Part shown: piece by piece, positions 28,930-42,580 of the stretch | Layout: every line of letters starts with the position of its first letter | How positions within the stretch are numbered: the stretch's first letter is position 1 | Origin: Octopus sinensis | Lineage: Eukaryota | DNA: 64,000 bases | Reading direction: 5' to 3' | Assembly: GCF_006345805.1 (NCBI RefSeq) | Contig: NC_043008.1 | Coordinates: 30,566,001-30,630,000 of the forward strand | Program-made: the position numbers and the translations under genes | Notes under the pieces: model-generated | Told to the model about the DNA's origin: nothing | Database searches by the model: none | The model's input: the letters and a program-made list of their open reading frames with translations, nothing else

Positions 28930-30133
28930 TATGTTCATATGTACACATATATTTAGATAAAGTGAGAGATAGAATGATTGATAGACAGATCGATAGACAG
29001 AAAGAGTGTGGGGTGTCTGTCGGTGTCTGTGTGTGTGTCTGCGTGTATGTGTCTGTATGTGTGTCTGTGTGTATGTGTCTGTGTGTCTGTGTGTGAGTGT
29101 CTGTGAGTGTGTGTATGTGCGTGTGTGTGTCTGTGTATCTGTGTGTGCGTGTGTGTGCATGTGTGTGTGTGTGATAAGGCACCGCTGCACACTAATTCTT
29201 TGAAAGTTCTCGAGACTATTACTTCTTAACTTTCATTTGCTTTCCTTACTGTCAGGTTCAATATTTACTCAAATGTTGCATCTTGGTTTAAATTGCTCCC
29301 AAAATCCATGTTATTGCCAAGAATGGTTGGCAGCAAACATCTCCATGTCCAAGTTGGTTCTATGCCATATGTAGTTGGAAAGGGTTATTTAAGGATATTT
29401 GTTTTACGTACATGTAGATATTTATTGCCCACTGTTATTTGTATATTACCTGAAGCAAAATCTGGAAATTCATTTTTTTGTTTTAGTATTATAGATTATA
29501 AAATGTATCGATACGTGTTGTATAAATATTATCCGAATCGTGAGACAAAACGGCAGTATTTTAATTGACAAAAGCAGACATTTTAGCACTAAAAGGCAGC
29601 CTCTAGATAGTAACTGGATCTGCTAGAAATGACATCCTAATTTCTTAATACTGCACAATACTGTATTAAAATCATGTATCTTTAGACATTGAAAAAGTAT
29701 CTACACACCCTTGGATTGCTTTTCATCAACCTTCTATTAGATAACGATAGATTTATTGATAAACAACAACAAAATGAGAGAATATGTTAGAAAGTGCATC
29801 CCAATCTCCCTCAGAAGATATCATTTCTGTATCATATAACGTATTCTTAGATACTATATGTAACATCACCTAAAACTGAATTTGACTGGCATCTTTGGAA
29901 TAATCGTAATCCAGATTAGCATAAATACTTAAAGATCTTGATAAGAACCAGGCTCGCAAATTTGTAGAGTCAAGGCTCTCACACAGAAATACACCCCCAC
30001 ACACCTGCGTTTGTGAGTATGTGGGCATGCGTGTATTGAAAATACACTGAACAATAGAGGAAATAGAAATATAACACAGGTGTGACATGGTTTAAAAAAT
30101 ACTGTATTAGTTTAACGTTTTAATGGGAAGATA

Positions 30134-30170
30134 CTCTTAGCTGTTCAGCTTTTAGTATTTCATCAGGAGA
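30134..30170 (-). ncRNA. Degenerate PLE-type hammerhead remnant
   Basis: Minus strand tctc-CTGATGA-aatactaaaagct-GAAC-agct-aagag; GAAAC has lost an A and the GUH triplet is corrupted. Confidence 0.3.
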
Positions 30171-30609
30171 TTGTGAAAAGCACATGAGAACAAGACAGAG
30201 ATATAACGGGGGAAAAAACGAGCGAGGATATAGAAAGCAAGCGGGAATGCGTTTTATAGAAATTTAAGAAGGGTGGAAACATGGGTGGATGTGCAAATAT
30301 AGGAATGTGTCCTCGATTGGTATATGGGGGAAGCCGTGTGTTCGGTATTTTGGTTGTATGCATGCACATTCAAATATGAAGGTGCGGAATATAGTGGTGT
30401 GAATTAGTTCTTAATTGTTTGTGAGGGAAGTGTGTACGAAAAGAAGCGTGAACCACCTCGAGTGCGAGGGAAAAATGGAAAGTGGAATGAGATATGTGTG
30501 TGTATAATTGTAGAAGGGTGAAGACCTTTATTATAGATGAAAGTAAACGAAAACTTAATTTTAAGAAGAAATGCACAACCGAGAAAGAGTCTAGTGTCCA
30601 ACTGTCGTA

Positions 30610-30696
30610 ATATATATATATATATATATATAATATATATATATATATCTATATATATATTATATACATACATATATATATAGATATATAATATAT

Positions 30697-30749
<53 letters not shown>

Positions 30750-30830
30750 ATATATATATTATATATATATATATTATATATATATATATACATATATATA
30801 TAGATATATATATATATACATATATATATG
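30610..30830. repeat. Interrupted (TA)n tract
   Basis: Seen directly. Confidence 0.95.
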
Positions 30831-30969
30831 ATATGTTATATATCTGTTTGTGTGTGTGTGTCTGTGTATGCGTATTCAAATATACATATATATTGAGATA
30901 TCTTGTCCACTGACAAATAAACAAATGTGACAGAAAACAATATTTCTGCTTTCGCTAGAGGGTCAATTT

Positions 30970-31645
30970 TTGGAATGAGCAAGTGCCTCCGCTGTGCCGC
31001 ATCTGCAATAGAGCGGATGAAACAATTGCCCACATCACGAATGAATGAATGCCATAGACTTGCCAAAAACCACCATAAGTTGTGGCAAAAGTGCTACATT
31101 GGAATCTGTGTAAAAAGTGGGGCCTAGAGACAGCAAGACGTGGTATGAGCACAAGTTACAGAGAGTGACGGAATCGGAGACTAGCAAAATCCTCAGGAAT
31201 TTTCCAATCCAAACAGATCAGGTGCTAGAGCATAACAGACCGGACCTAGTGGAAATGGACAAGATACAGCATGTATGCTATATAGTCGATGTTGCATGCC
31301 CCATTTGACCCTCGAATAGCCAAGAAGGGAGGCAAAGATAGATAAAAACAACCTTCTTAAGTACAAAATTGCCCGGCTATGGAAAATGAAGAAGGTGAAT
31401 ACAGTTCCAATTATTGTTGAATCCTTGGAACAGTATCAGTAGGCATCACAGGGAATATATAGGAAATTCGAATAGAGTGCCCAGTAGAACTGTTACAAAG
31501 GTGTGCCTCCTTGGCACGGCCAGAATAACCAGGAAAGTATTAGATGGCTGAAAAGAACAGATAGTATGGTACCTTAAACTGAAATTAGCAATCCTGCTAT
31601 GAATATAAGGCTCCAGGAGCTCCAACAAATCTTGTGATAAAGAGA
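30970..31645 (+). mobile_element. 3' remnant of an R4/Dong-clade non-LTR retrotransposon (CCHC knuckle + RLE), pseudogenised
   Basis: PLCRICNRADETIAHITNE/CHRLAK, VAKVLHWNLCKKWG, WYEHKLQRVTESETSKILRNFPIQTDQVLEHNRPDLVEMDKIQHVCYIVDVACP, YKIARLWKMKKVNTVPIIV, KVCLLGTARITRKVLDG*; several frameshifts; followed by (TAA)n at 31646-31722. Confidence 0.9.
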
Positions 31646-31655
31646 AATAATAATA

Positions 31656-31724
<69 letters not shown>

Positions 31725-33578
31725 AAAATAGAACGTGTCGCTAACAGGGGATGTAAGAATTTGTGGTGAATGATATCAATGTTATTACCGTAATTAATTT
31801 TAATCAAATGCCGTAATAAATATTTAATCCCGATCTAATCTCACCTCCAGACCTACCAACCTATCTCACTATTCACCAACCTCGAATCTACTCCTAACCT
31901 CACAGCCTCCGCCTCTATGCTCCACCCAATGCCTCCAGACATTTCCAGTATTTACTACTGCGTCTATTTTTATATATTTCTATTAAAATGAATCAATCGG
32001 TAGATTCAACCATTGAAACCACATGCCTCAAGCCACATATGATTATTGCTGAACATTATTATTACTTATAAATTATTTGGATCATTTCCAGAAGTGGTTT
32101 CAGCTGGAAAATTACATGATAAACATTGCATTTATTCCTTATCAACATAGCTTTAACTTCCAGTTGGCCAATCAATTAACAGAATGCACAGTTACGAGAA
32201 GGGAGAATAGATATGGAATAAGTAGTTTAGTGAGTAGGTATCGTATCAATTAAACGAACAATGCAGTCTAGTGATAAGTCCTTAATCAAGTAATTCGGTG
32301 GCCTGATTTCTATAGCTTGTCGAAATCATTTCTTTCTTTCCATTATTATTGCTCTCTAGAAAAATATGGACCACCCGCAGAAGCATTAGCTTTCCCTTTA
32401 TAGTTATTTGAAATCATTGTGCAGAGGAGAGGAAACCACTGATATATGCTTGTGCTGCGCAACCAATAACTGAACATCTAGGTTAGATTTTTGATCCTCG
32501 ATTGTAGCTCCTTCGTTTCATACACTTGGCTAATGCCCGCTGGAACATGGAACTGTTACCTTCAAAATCAATATTGAGAAACATAGCTAAGTATGAAACT
32601 GCTAAGTAGACATACCAAAGAAGATAGTCAATGATCGATTGAAAGGCTAGAAATATCAACATATTTCTCAAATAACATTCTACCGTTTTATAACGAGAAG
32701 GTCCTATCGGATATTGTAGTATTCTATATAATGTACTATTCCACTTGATTAACAGGCAGCAAACAGCAATCTAATAGCCTTCAGATAAAGCCCTGCCATC
32801 TTATAATGAGAAGGATCTGTTACATAAAGTAGCTTCGTAGATACTCGTAAAATAATCGAATGTTTATAGCTGGAATGCATTTTACCATCGATCTATTTGA
32901 TCGATCAAAGTTGGTCTGGGACTAAACAATAAAACCAGCCCGGGGAGGACTTTAGTAACTTCTCTTTGATTTAGGGTTGTTGTCTTTCTGAATGGTGAGC
33001 TAAAATATCAAATGTAGAGAGACTAAAAAGTATTCAATTATTTAGAATAATATTTCTAGTGAAGGGAGAAAAGCATGTTATCTTCAGTAATGATTAATTC
33101 TTGCTAAGCCATGCAAGGGAGATAACTCTTCAATCTATATTGATTTTAAATTAAGTGGATACATAAGGAATAGAGAGAGCTGGATTTTTTAACGTGTTCA
33201 CTCCGGTTATTTATGAGTCTTATTAAACCACCTCTGTGAAGCATAGCCTAACAAAAGCTTCCCATGTCTGAGGAGAATTGAAAAAGTGGTGATTGTGAGT
33301 GAAAGCATTCAGTAACAAGTGGAAATTTCATTGGGATGCATACAATGTTAATATCTCACAATGCTAATATTTCACATTGCTTACTTTGTGTATTGATACA
33401 AGAAACTATTATCAATAGCGGAGACTGTAAATGAACAAATGTTTAAACTGAGTTTCAGATAATCTCAGTCTGAAAATTAATAATAATCTGAATTGAGTGC
33501 GTTACAGTGATACAGTTTTATGAATATGGGTGTATATTTGTGCACACATGTGTGTATGATAGAGAGAGTGTGTGTGTG

Positions 33579-33614
<36 letters not shown>

Positions 33615-33852
33615 TGATAATAATCGTTTCAATGAGTTTATTGAAGAATTAAGAATGATTGTCGTAGTGAATTTAATTGAATAGCGAAGGATATAGTCTC
33701 TGTGAATCATTGAGAGTATCTCAGTTCCTGGGTCAGCTTATGTGTTTGCTGGGAGGATGAACTTTCAAATATGGGTGCATTAGAACAGCATTTATAAGCG
33801 TATTAATTACTCATGTTGCGTGTGGTAAGAGGCAAGTTTCTGTGTGCACATG

Positions 33853-33884
<32 letters not shown>

Positions 33885-34185
33885 CAAAGACACACACGTT
33901 TGTGTCTATGTGAGTATTTCTTTTGATGGTTCTATGCGTGGCCATATGTGTCTTTGTGTGTGTATGAGTGTGTGAAAGTACATAGATGTGTGTCCTTGAA
34001 GTTGTATTTGCGTTTATGCTCGAACGTGCAGTCATATTGCATTCACACATTTGTTGTTTGTTGTTCTCGATTAACCTTAGGCTGCTTCTGTTCGCATCGC
34101 GTAAGCTCTCTCTGATCAATGCCGTCACCATACTACTTTGCTTCGTTTTAAGTGGTATGACGTGTGGCATTTTTCATTTCTCCAG

Positions 34186-34243
34186 AGAAATACCACGATA
34201 CTTCAGAAATACCACGATACTTCAGAAATACCACGATACCACG
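34186..34243. repeat. 19-bp tandem minisatellite, about 3 copies
   Basis: Unit agaaataccacgatacttc. Confidence 0.9.
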
Positions 34244-35813
34244 AAATGAGAGCATTGTGCTGGGAAAATTTATACAGTATATAAGAATACCACCTAATAA
34301 TGTTTATTTCCATATGACGTGTAATGCTTTTTTAGCTAACATTAACTCTTAGCCTAACTTCCTCTCAAATGGACTACTGAGCTAGGAGAGATCTCCACTC
34401 ACAAGATCATACACCATTTAATGATGGTACTCTCAGTTGATACTCGTATAGTCTTTAACTAAGTCTTGTTAGGTTTTCCCGTCTCCTATATTAGATTTTT
34501 CTCGTGTACACTGGAGAAAGTCAACTTTTCATGGATATGCGTAGCCATTGACCTGGTATCTTCCGTTATCGTACCGCGATGGTATACTGTATGTTATTCA
34601 CGTAACGTTACATAAAGACAACAATTATAATTTTGTTTCTCATTTTATGTTTGCTATAAAAAATAATAAAATAAAAAAAAAATTTTCAACATAAATATAG
34701 TTATTAAATTAAAATAAAAATCACTTCTCTTATTCTCTGTTTGCAATAAATAATTGCTATTCATAAAACTAATAACATGTAACTATCAATTAATCAAGAT
34801 ATAGCAACATCTCATATTACCAATTAAAGGAAAATTTTGTTTTCAACATTTCCTGTCATATAACAGGTAACACTAGTTAATATATGGTAATTAAGATAGA
34901 TAAATGCATTTAGATCAGAGTTATCACACTCTGCAAGATGAGAAAATAGGGAAATAATAGATACACTACCAGTTATATTAATAGTCCCTGTGTCTTCGAG
35001 AGTTAGGCTTTAAACATCGTTATAAAATGAAAGCGAAACCACGCTAAGAGTGCTTTAAATGAAACAATTTCAAGCTTTGCGCTAACACGAGCTTATCTAT
35101 GGACGAAATGAAATATAACCTTATTATAATGAAACAGTTTCAAAATTTACATTTAGACTTTAACTGAGGAATGAATTCGAAACAGGATCGAAATATTTTA
35201 CATAATGAAAAAATGTTAGGAAATTTTACAAATTTGTGCATCAAGCAAGAAATACAATTCATGGAAACGTGCCTAGGGGTATATTGTAAATAAATTAACA
35301 AGTTTATATTTAATAAACATGCATCAACCTGCATCAGATAGTCCCATGATTGATCACACGGTTCAGTTTATCAACAAATTTGCCATCTGAATAGTTTTCG
35401 TCACCAACGATTGCGCCTACGTATATGAAAATATACAGATGACTGTGTCTCTTCATTATCAATAGTTGTAGTCTACTATATAGTAACTTCTAAAACGCAT
35501 CAAATTGTACTAAATTCATTCAGCAAGGAAACTAAAGAGAGAGAAAGAGAAACAGAGAGAAGAGAGAGAGAGAGAGTTCAGCAGCGAGCTCAAATGTATG
35601 TACAATTCACATATGCACGTAATATTATATACAACACACGCAAACATACTCACCTATGCGTATGCATTAACATATTTCTGTATGCATATGTATCTACGTG
35701 TCAAAATAAGTCCATTTATCCTAGTATGTACACGCATTTGCGTATATTTATTTTTAGGTATATAGATATATATCATACACTCATATATATATATATATAT
35801 ATATAATATTATA

Positions 35814-35856
<43 letters not shown>

Positions 35857-36204
35857 AATATATATACATACATACATATATATACATATAGTATATATAT
35901 GCTATGTATATGTATTTGTCTAGATTCAGTGAAGTGTATGCATACATAATACATTTATACATTCGCGGGTATATATGGGGAGGGAAGCGAGCAGGTGTAT
36001 CTGTGTGAGCACATATACATAATGTCAGTGATATATTTGTACATCTTAAATAATTGACGGAGCGAGTACATCGTACTAAATCAGGAAATCATTTGTATTT
36101 CAATTTGGCACGTATTCACTTTCCAAAATTTAACTTGCAGATGTCGTTTCTTGATGAAACTTGAAGTGGTGAAGATGAAATATGTATCATCTCACTCAAT
36201 GCAT

Positions 36205-36399
36205 TATATATATATATGTGCGTTTATGTCAGTACGTTTGTGTGTATGTATGTATGTATGTATGTATGTATGTATGTATGTATGTATGTATGTATGTATG
36301 TAGGTATGTATGTATGTAGGTACATATATATGTATATATATATATACTTACATACATACATACAAATATATATATATATATATACACATGCATACATAC

Positions 36400-36436
<37 letters not shown>

Positions 36437-36525
36437 CATACACACATACATACATACATACATACATACATACATACATACATACATACATACATACATA
36501 CATACATACATACATACATACGTAC
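36205..36525. repeat. Compound (TATG)n/(TA)n/(CATA)n microsatellite with complementary arms
   Basis: (TATG)n at 36245-36315 and its complement (CATA)n at 36430-36520 flank a TA core. Confidence 0.9.
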
Positions 36526-36564
36526 AACGAAGACCATAAGATATTTATTAGACATAACGAAGAT

Positions 36565-36752
36565 CGCGACGGCGGAATGGTTAGCACGCCGGGCAAAATG
36601 CTAAGCGGCATTTTATTGCGGTATTTACATTGTCAGATTGCCTTTCATCATTTCGGGCTCTGTAAAATAAGTACCAGTTGATCACTGGGGTCGAAGTAAT
36701 CAACTTAGCGCTTCCATGAAACTGCTGGCCTTGTGCCAAAATTTAAAACCAA
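36565..36752 (+). mobile_element. Family-B SINE
   Basis: gcgacggcggaatggttagcacgccgggcaaaatgctaagcggcatt...gtgccaaaatttaaaacc. Confidence 0.8.
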
Positions 36753-37002
36753 TATTAGATATATCAAGATATGTAATTTTAGATTGTCATAAAATTTTCA
36801 GTTATATGAGACTTTTAATCCGAAATCGAAGAACACTCTCACAACAAATAAGTCGATAAATCTGAGTATGGATTACAATATATTTATTTTAGATATAAGC
36901 TGGTGATAGGTGATCAAAATAGCCTCGACTAAACAATATCATATATGTGTGTGTGTGTGTTGTGTGAGTGTGTGTGCGCTCGCTTGCGCTTGTGTGTGTA
37001 GA

Positions 37003-37213
37003 GGTAGAGAGCTGGCAGAATCGTTAGCAGACCTAGCAAAAATGCTTAGCAGCACTTCGTCCATCTTCATACTCTCTGTTCAAATTCTGCCAAGACCGAT
37101 TTTGCTTTTCATCCTTTCGGGGTCGATGAAATAAACAACAGTTGAGCCTGGGGTTGATGCAATCGACCTACCCCTGCCTCGAAATTGCTGGCCTCGCAAA
37201 AAGTTTGAAACCA
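37003..37213 (+). mobile_element. Family-B SINE
   Basis: gagctggcagaatcgttagcagacctagcaaaatgcttagc...ttttgcttttcatcctttcggggtcgatgaaataa...aagtttgaaacc. Confidence 0.85.
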
Positions 37214-38554
37214 ATGTATATATATATATGTGTGTGTGTGTGTTAAAGAATGTGTATGTGTATGTGAGTGTGTGTGTGTGTGTATGTGTGTGTGTGTGTG
37301 TGTGTGTATGTGTGTGTGCGTGTATGCATGTATGCATATATGTACGTATTCATGTATGTATGTATGTTAAGCAAAGTCTATAAAAAAGAACGTATGAGTT
37401 TCTTTTCCGAAACATCTCATATTCAAAATGTGTTCAGACTGATACCTATTCAAGATATTTATGAAGGTCTCCAAGTGTGTCTTTTCTTTCTGCATTCTAT
37501 AATACACAGGATTTAGTTCCATTTCTCTACGGTTTACATCTGTCAAGGATCGACTATTTAGTCTTGAATGAAATACTACAATTGAAATACAACTATATTC
37601 AAATCCGCAGACGTAACTAGGAACTTTGATTATTTCCTCTTCTAATTATCCTTATGGCACAATATAGTTAAAATAAGGAAGTGCAATCAACCAAAGAGAA
37701 GGGCAAGTGAAAATAGACAAGTAATCGAAACTGCAAGTTATGCAGAGGAAGGAGAGAAAAGAAGAACAATATGGAAAATAAAAATGGAATTTCGAAGCAG
37801 GAGTGAGGTAAGTAAACATAGAAAACAGAAAGGCAAACGTAACGACAAGATGGAGATTTATTACACAAAGTTATTGAGGTTGCGAGATTAAGAGGAAAGA
37901 AGAGAAAAGTGCTGGTGGAAAAGGAAGATTATGGAAACGTCATAAATCTCTTTTGTGAAAGAAACTTCGACAGAAGGAATAAGATTTAAAAGGAGAGAAG
38001 CAACATATTAATCGATGACATAATTGACAGCGGTGTACTTAACGACAATAATGGCACAAAACCAACTTTGTCATGATTCTGATAATTATCTACATCCGTA
38101 TTTTTTTAATTAATCACCGATTCCTCATCAACATTGCGACTTTCATTCGAATTTTCCTTTTCTCTCTTACTTCACTCATTATTTTCATTGAATTACTCCA
38201 ACTCTCCTTCCCTTCGTTTTAATTTTTTCTTTCCTTTATATCATTTATGGCTATTTCTCTGTTTTGATATTTTTATTTTGTTAGTTTTCATTTGCTGTCT
38301 CATTTCCTATTCTGCTTCTAATACAGCAACGACAAATACTATTACTGCTATGACATATTTTTTACTCCGCTTATTCACATATATTACTATTTTTACAAAA
38401 TATTTCTGTCATTCCTCTATTTCATCTTCCGAAGCTAGAATTAAAAAGCGTAATTAAAAGTATCACAGTAGCAGTAAAATAAGTTGTAGCAGTAGCAACA
38501 GCAGTTGCTGGAATGCAAGGAAAACAGTAAGAATTTGAGTCTTTAGTACAGGAT

Positions 38555-38770
38555 TGGTTTCTAATCTTGGCACAGGGCCAGCAATTTCATAGGACGAGCT
38601 AAGTCGACTATATCGATCCCAATACTCGACTGGTACTTATTCTAACGACCCCGAAAGGATAAAAGACAAATTCGACCTCTGCGAAATTTGAATTCAGAAC
38701 GTAAAGACGGACGAAATGCCACTGAGCATTTCTCCCAGTGTGCTAACGATTCTGTCAGCTCGCCGCCTTT
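38555..38770 (-). mobile_element. Family-B SINE
   Basis: ggtttctaatcttggcacagggccagc...gaccccgaaaggataaaagacaaattcgacctc...tgctaacgattctgtcagctcgccgcc. Confidence 0.85.
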
Positions 38771-39120
38771 AATACAAAAGTTATTGAGTCAGAGAATAAC
38801 AAGAGTAGGGTGCGATTCGATGTGGAATTGTGCTGAGTTGATAACAAGTAGAGCAACTCATTTACTGGACACACAACAAATGGATTACATATGTTATTCC
38901 ACACACTCATTATAACTCGACAGAAAATAATAGTAAGCGCCTAAATAAAAACTGGACTAGTAAATGATTTCACATCGAACAGTATCTATATCTATGTGAT
39001 CACTCATAGACACACAAACATACACATATATGTATATTAATTATACAAGCATATATATGTATAAATACATACACACCCTCACATATTTATATGTTTAAGT
39101 AATACATGTGAATGGTTATA

Positions 39121-39575
39121 TATATATAAAAGTAATTTTAGAGACAGAACCACCTTCAACTCAAACAACACTGATTATACCCACCACTCCATAAAATGTT
39201 AAAAATAAAATTTTATACTAATTATATCTATTCTGAATCCTGTTTTTTCCGTTTATAAGATTACACGTGAAGGTATAGAGTATCATGGAAGTATATAAGA
39301 GATAGGGGTAGTGAAACATGTTGAGGAATCAAGACCTAAAGATTGGGAGTATGTCCACCCGAGTATGTATTGGAACTAGATACCTTATATCTAATCAATG
39401 TCGACGTACTTTCATGAAAGACGTGTAGTCTTATAAACGGAAAATACAGGATTCAGAATAGATATAGTAAGTATAAGATTTAATTTTTAACATTTTATGG
39501 AGTGGTCGGGTACAAAACCTTTCAGTGTTGATTGAGTTGAAGGTGGTTCTGTCTCTAAAATTACTTTTATATATA
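39121..39575. mobile_element. MITE/fold-back element with ~150-bp terminal inverted repeats
   Basis: 39121-39268 is the reverse complement of 39421-39575 (tatatataaaagtaattttagagacagaaccaccttcaactc...ttataagattacacgt) with few differences; TA ends. Confidence 0.85.
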
Positions 39576-39673
39576 CGAATTAAACATTAAGAGATGTTCA
39601 TTTTAGTACATCTAATTTGCATGTCTTCTTCCTGTGTACTTAGAAGTAATATTCCCTAATAATTATATATATA

Positions 39674-40176
39674 TACTAGCAGTATCACCCGGCGTTGCTC
39701 GGGTTTGTAAGGGAAATAACTATATAAGCATTTTTAGAGAGTTACTTCCCTTATAGATGCCAATTCGGGCTTTCTTAGCCATTTCTGTTTTGGTGTCTTC
39801 AAGCCATGAAGTCGTTGTTCTAAAAGAACGCTGGTCTCCTTGACAACGCATTACGACGTTGATTTCCTTAAACTCCCTTCCCCACAGCTTCACGACGGAG
39901 GGAAGAAGGGGAAGAAGCAAACACAGGTGCAGGTGTTTGAGCGTGGACGCCAACTCCGCCGCCATCGATACACGAAAAATTATGCATTAAAATGGAATAA
40001 AAAATTATGTTAAATTATTTTTAAAATCGTAGACTCATCGTAGACGCGCGCTAATAGCCAGACGGGCTTGATATTAATCACGACTATAAGATACCCGAAT
40101 TTGGTTAAACTGCACCGCAAAATGTGGGAGGAGTTAGGAATCTAAATCGTAGGAGACAGGCACTCACACAACTACA

Positions 40177-40180
<4 letters not shown>
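39674..40180 (+). mobile_element. Non-autonomous Helitron-like (HINE/Lep1-type) element
   Basis: Starts tactagcagtatcacccggcgttgctcggg (CTAG plus short cccg/cggg palindrome), ends cacacaactacagtttt in (TA)n; no TIRs. Confidence 0.65.
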
Positions 40181-40394
<214 letters not shown>

Positions 40395-40419
40395 CACGGA
40401 AATAGGAAATTAGAGTATG

Positions 40420-40960
40420 TATCTTCTGTAAACTACATCAGTTAGTTGTATTAACTGCTGCAATAAAGCATCACAACTTTGACAATCCAAATTAGTGTAA
40501 AGAAGGTAGCCAAGATTAGGCTTATCAGCGGGCTGTCAGTGAGGTTCTCAAACCACACAGTTCCATAGCATGGTATTATATATGTCTAATATTCAAGAAA
40601 ACGCAAAGAAAGAGATCCTGCAATAACAGTTTTTGAATGTGGCTTCCATTGCCCCAATATATCTTTTAGGTTCATCGCAGCTGTGTGTTTTATCGACTTT
40701 GCCACACAGTTACTGTCGGGTGAACACTTCTTATGGATTCTCCTTATACACGATATCTGTTGTCAATCTTTGAATTTTTAATCCTATATTTGTATTGTGT
40801 CCTGTAATTTATCGCTTCGGGTGAATCAATACCACTTAAAGAGTTATACTTCCTTTATCGATCTTCCTTTATCGAATGGTTAAGTATAAACGCAACTTGA
40901 CGCACAAAATATTGGAGCGAAACTCTTTGAAAGAAACCAATTTATGTTTTAGAACAGTGA
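40420..40960 (-). mobile_element. Decayed Penelope-like element, GIY-YIG endonuclease region
   Basis: Minus strand KCSPDSNCVAKSI then, frameshifted, CDEPKRYIGAMEATFKT (cf. PLE C...CLxxSIVYKA...KxYIGxTExTFK); upstream NINWF (cf. NIIWFNPP). Confidence 0.6.
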
Positions 40961-41095
40961 TACCTTCCATTGATCAGTATAAAGTTTCAACAATATAGCA
41001 TGAAACCTTTTTGTATGGTTTCTTAATCATGGGTACTATACACATCTACACACACGCACACACACACACACACACACGCACACACATACACTCAC

Positions 41096-41136
<41 letters not shown>

Positions 41137-41380
41137 GAAGGTGGTCGTCAGAATTTTTGATAATTACTTATTTAACGCTTTCTCTAGTTTCAGAGATTCT
41201 AGATGAAAGCGCTAGATAAATTATCCAAAATTCTGACTACCTAATATTTCTTAAAATAAATTATATATTATACATTATTACAATTATATACATTATTATA
41301 CATTATTACAATTATAATTAAGGGCACAGAGAGTTTTCTGCCTATATGCTAAAAATAGAAACTTAGTGCGTCTAACCAAC

Positions 41381-41521
41381 TCAAAATATCACTTTATAAT
41401 TTACACGTGTTGAGAGCGAGGAAGCTGGCATACAGAAATTCATATATTATTCAGATAGTTTAGGATTGATCAATTTCTCGTCTAGTTACTTTAATAACTT
41501 TTCCTTCATCGACTAAACATA
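41381..41521 (-). pseudogene. Duplicated putative terminal exon, copy 1 (+1 frameshift, internal stop)
   Basis: Acceptor tttatttctctcag|; similarity to copy 2 runs from the polypyrimidine tract to the stop codon (TGA here). Confidence 0.4.
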
Positions 41522-41694
41522 CTGAGAGAAATAAATGAAATATCTATTTGGTCAGAATAGTACAGGGATGACTAGACTCATCCAGAGTGAATGGAATATA
41601 TTCACATATAATTAAGGATAAAATGTTTCAAAGTTTTATCAGTGGCCAGCATATAGAAAATAGACCTATTTAGATACATTGATATATATATATA

Positions 41695-42021
41695 TATAAT
41701 CAAAATAAACAAGTATATCCAGAGGTAAAGCAGTACGATTGTTTCATGCAATTCCATTTAATTAAACAATGCAAGTATTACATCGGTTTTAAAATGAAGA
41801 GCAATCTACCTACTTACCCTCTTGGTGATGCTGGTTAATGGAATAACTATGAAAATGAATGTTTTAATTTTAAATTTAACTAAATTCTATATTTATATGC
41901 ACTGAAGATTGCTCTACATTTTAAAACTGATGTAATACTTGCATTGTTTAATTGAATGGAGTGGCATGAAACGATGGTACTGCTCTACCTCTGGATATCC
42001 TTGTTGCTTATTTTGATTATA
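41695..42021. mobile_element. MITE/fold-back element with ~112-bp diverged TIRs
   Basis: 41695-41807 (ataatcaaaataaacaagtatatccagagg...gagcaatct) is the reverse complement of 41907-42021; starts in a TA run. Confidence 0.8.
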
Positions 42022-42116
42022 ATCACCCCATTTTGAATTATATGGATAATACCATACTAAATTCCGGTGCCTTTAACTTAAGTACCATATTCAACTGAAT
42101 CTAAATTTTTACTGAA

Positions 42117-42187
<71 letters not shown>

Positions 42188-42188
42188 C

Positions 42189-42222
<34 letters not shown>

Positions 42223-42440
42223 ATAGTGGTACAACAATGCACCAATATTTACTGGAAATAACAGTCGATAATATACGACGCTATATACAGCTTCACTGTA
42301 TATTTATACTGGCAAGAATATTTGCAGGCAACGAACATAAAAAAATTTCATTTTACCTATAGGGAGAACATCAAATAAATGTACAACCCAGATGGGGGAT
42401 TATCTAGGACCTAGGTTTCGAACTTTCCAAATTACGTTTG

Positions 42441-42580
42441 TTAAAATATCACTTTATAATTCACATGTGTTGACAGTGAAGAAGCGGGCGTACAGGAATT
42501 CAAAAACAATTTCGATAGTTTAGGGTTCATCAATTTCTCGTCTAGTTAAATCAATTTGTTTCCTTCATCAGCAAAACATA
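42441..42580 (-). pseudogene. Duplicated putative terminal exon, copy 2 (one internal TAA)
   Basis: Acceptor ttatttattttactcag|; 140 nt = phase-1 start plus 46 codons: CFADEGNKLI*LDEKLMNPKLSKLFLNSCTPASSLSTHVNYKVIF*. Confidence 0.4.

Noticed and set aside
34186-34243. CRISPR-like repeat array
   Set aside because: Head-to-tail 19-bp minisatellite with no spacers, no cas genes, and a eukaryotic context
42555-42575. Minus-strand CTGATGA-ag-GAAAC hammerhead-like motif
   Set aside because: No room for stem II and not conserved in the duplicate copy
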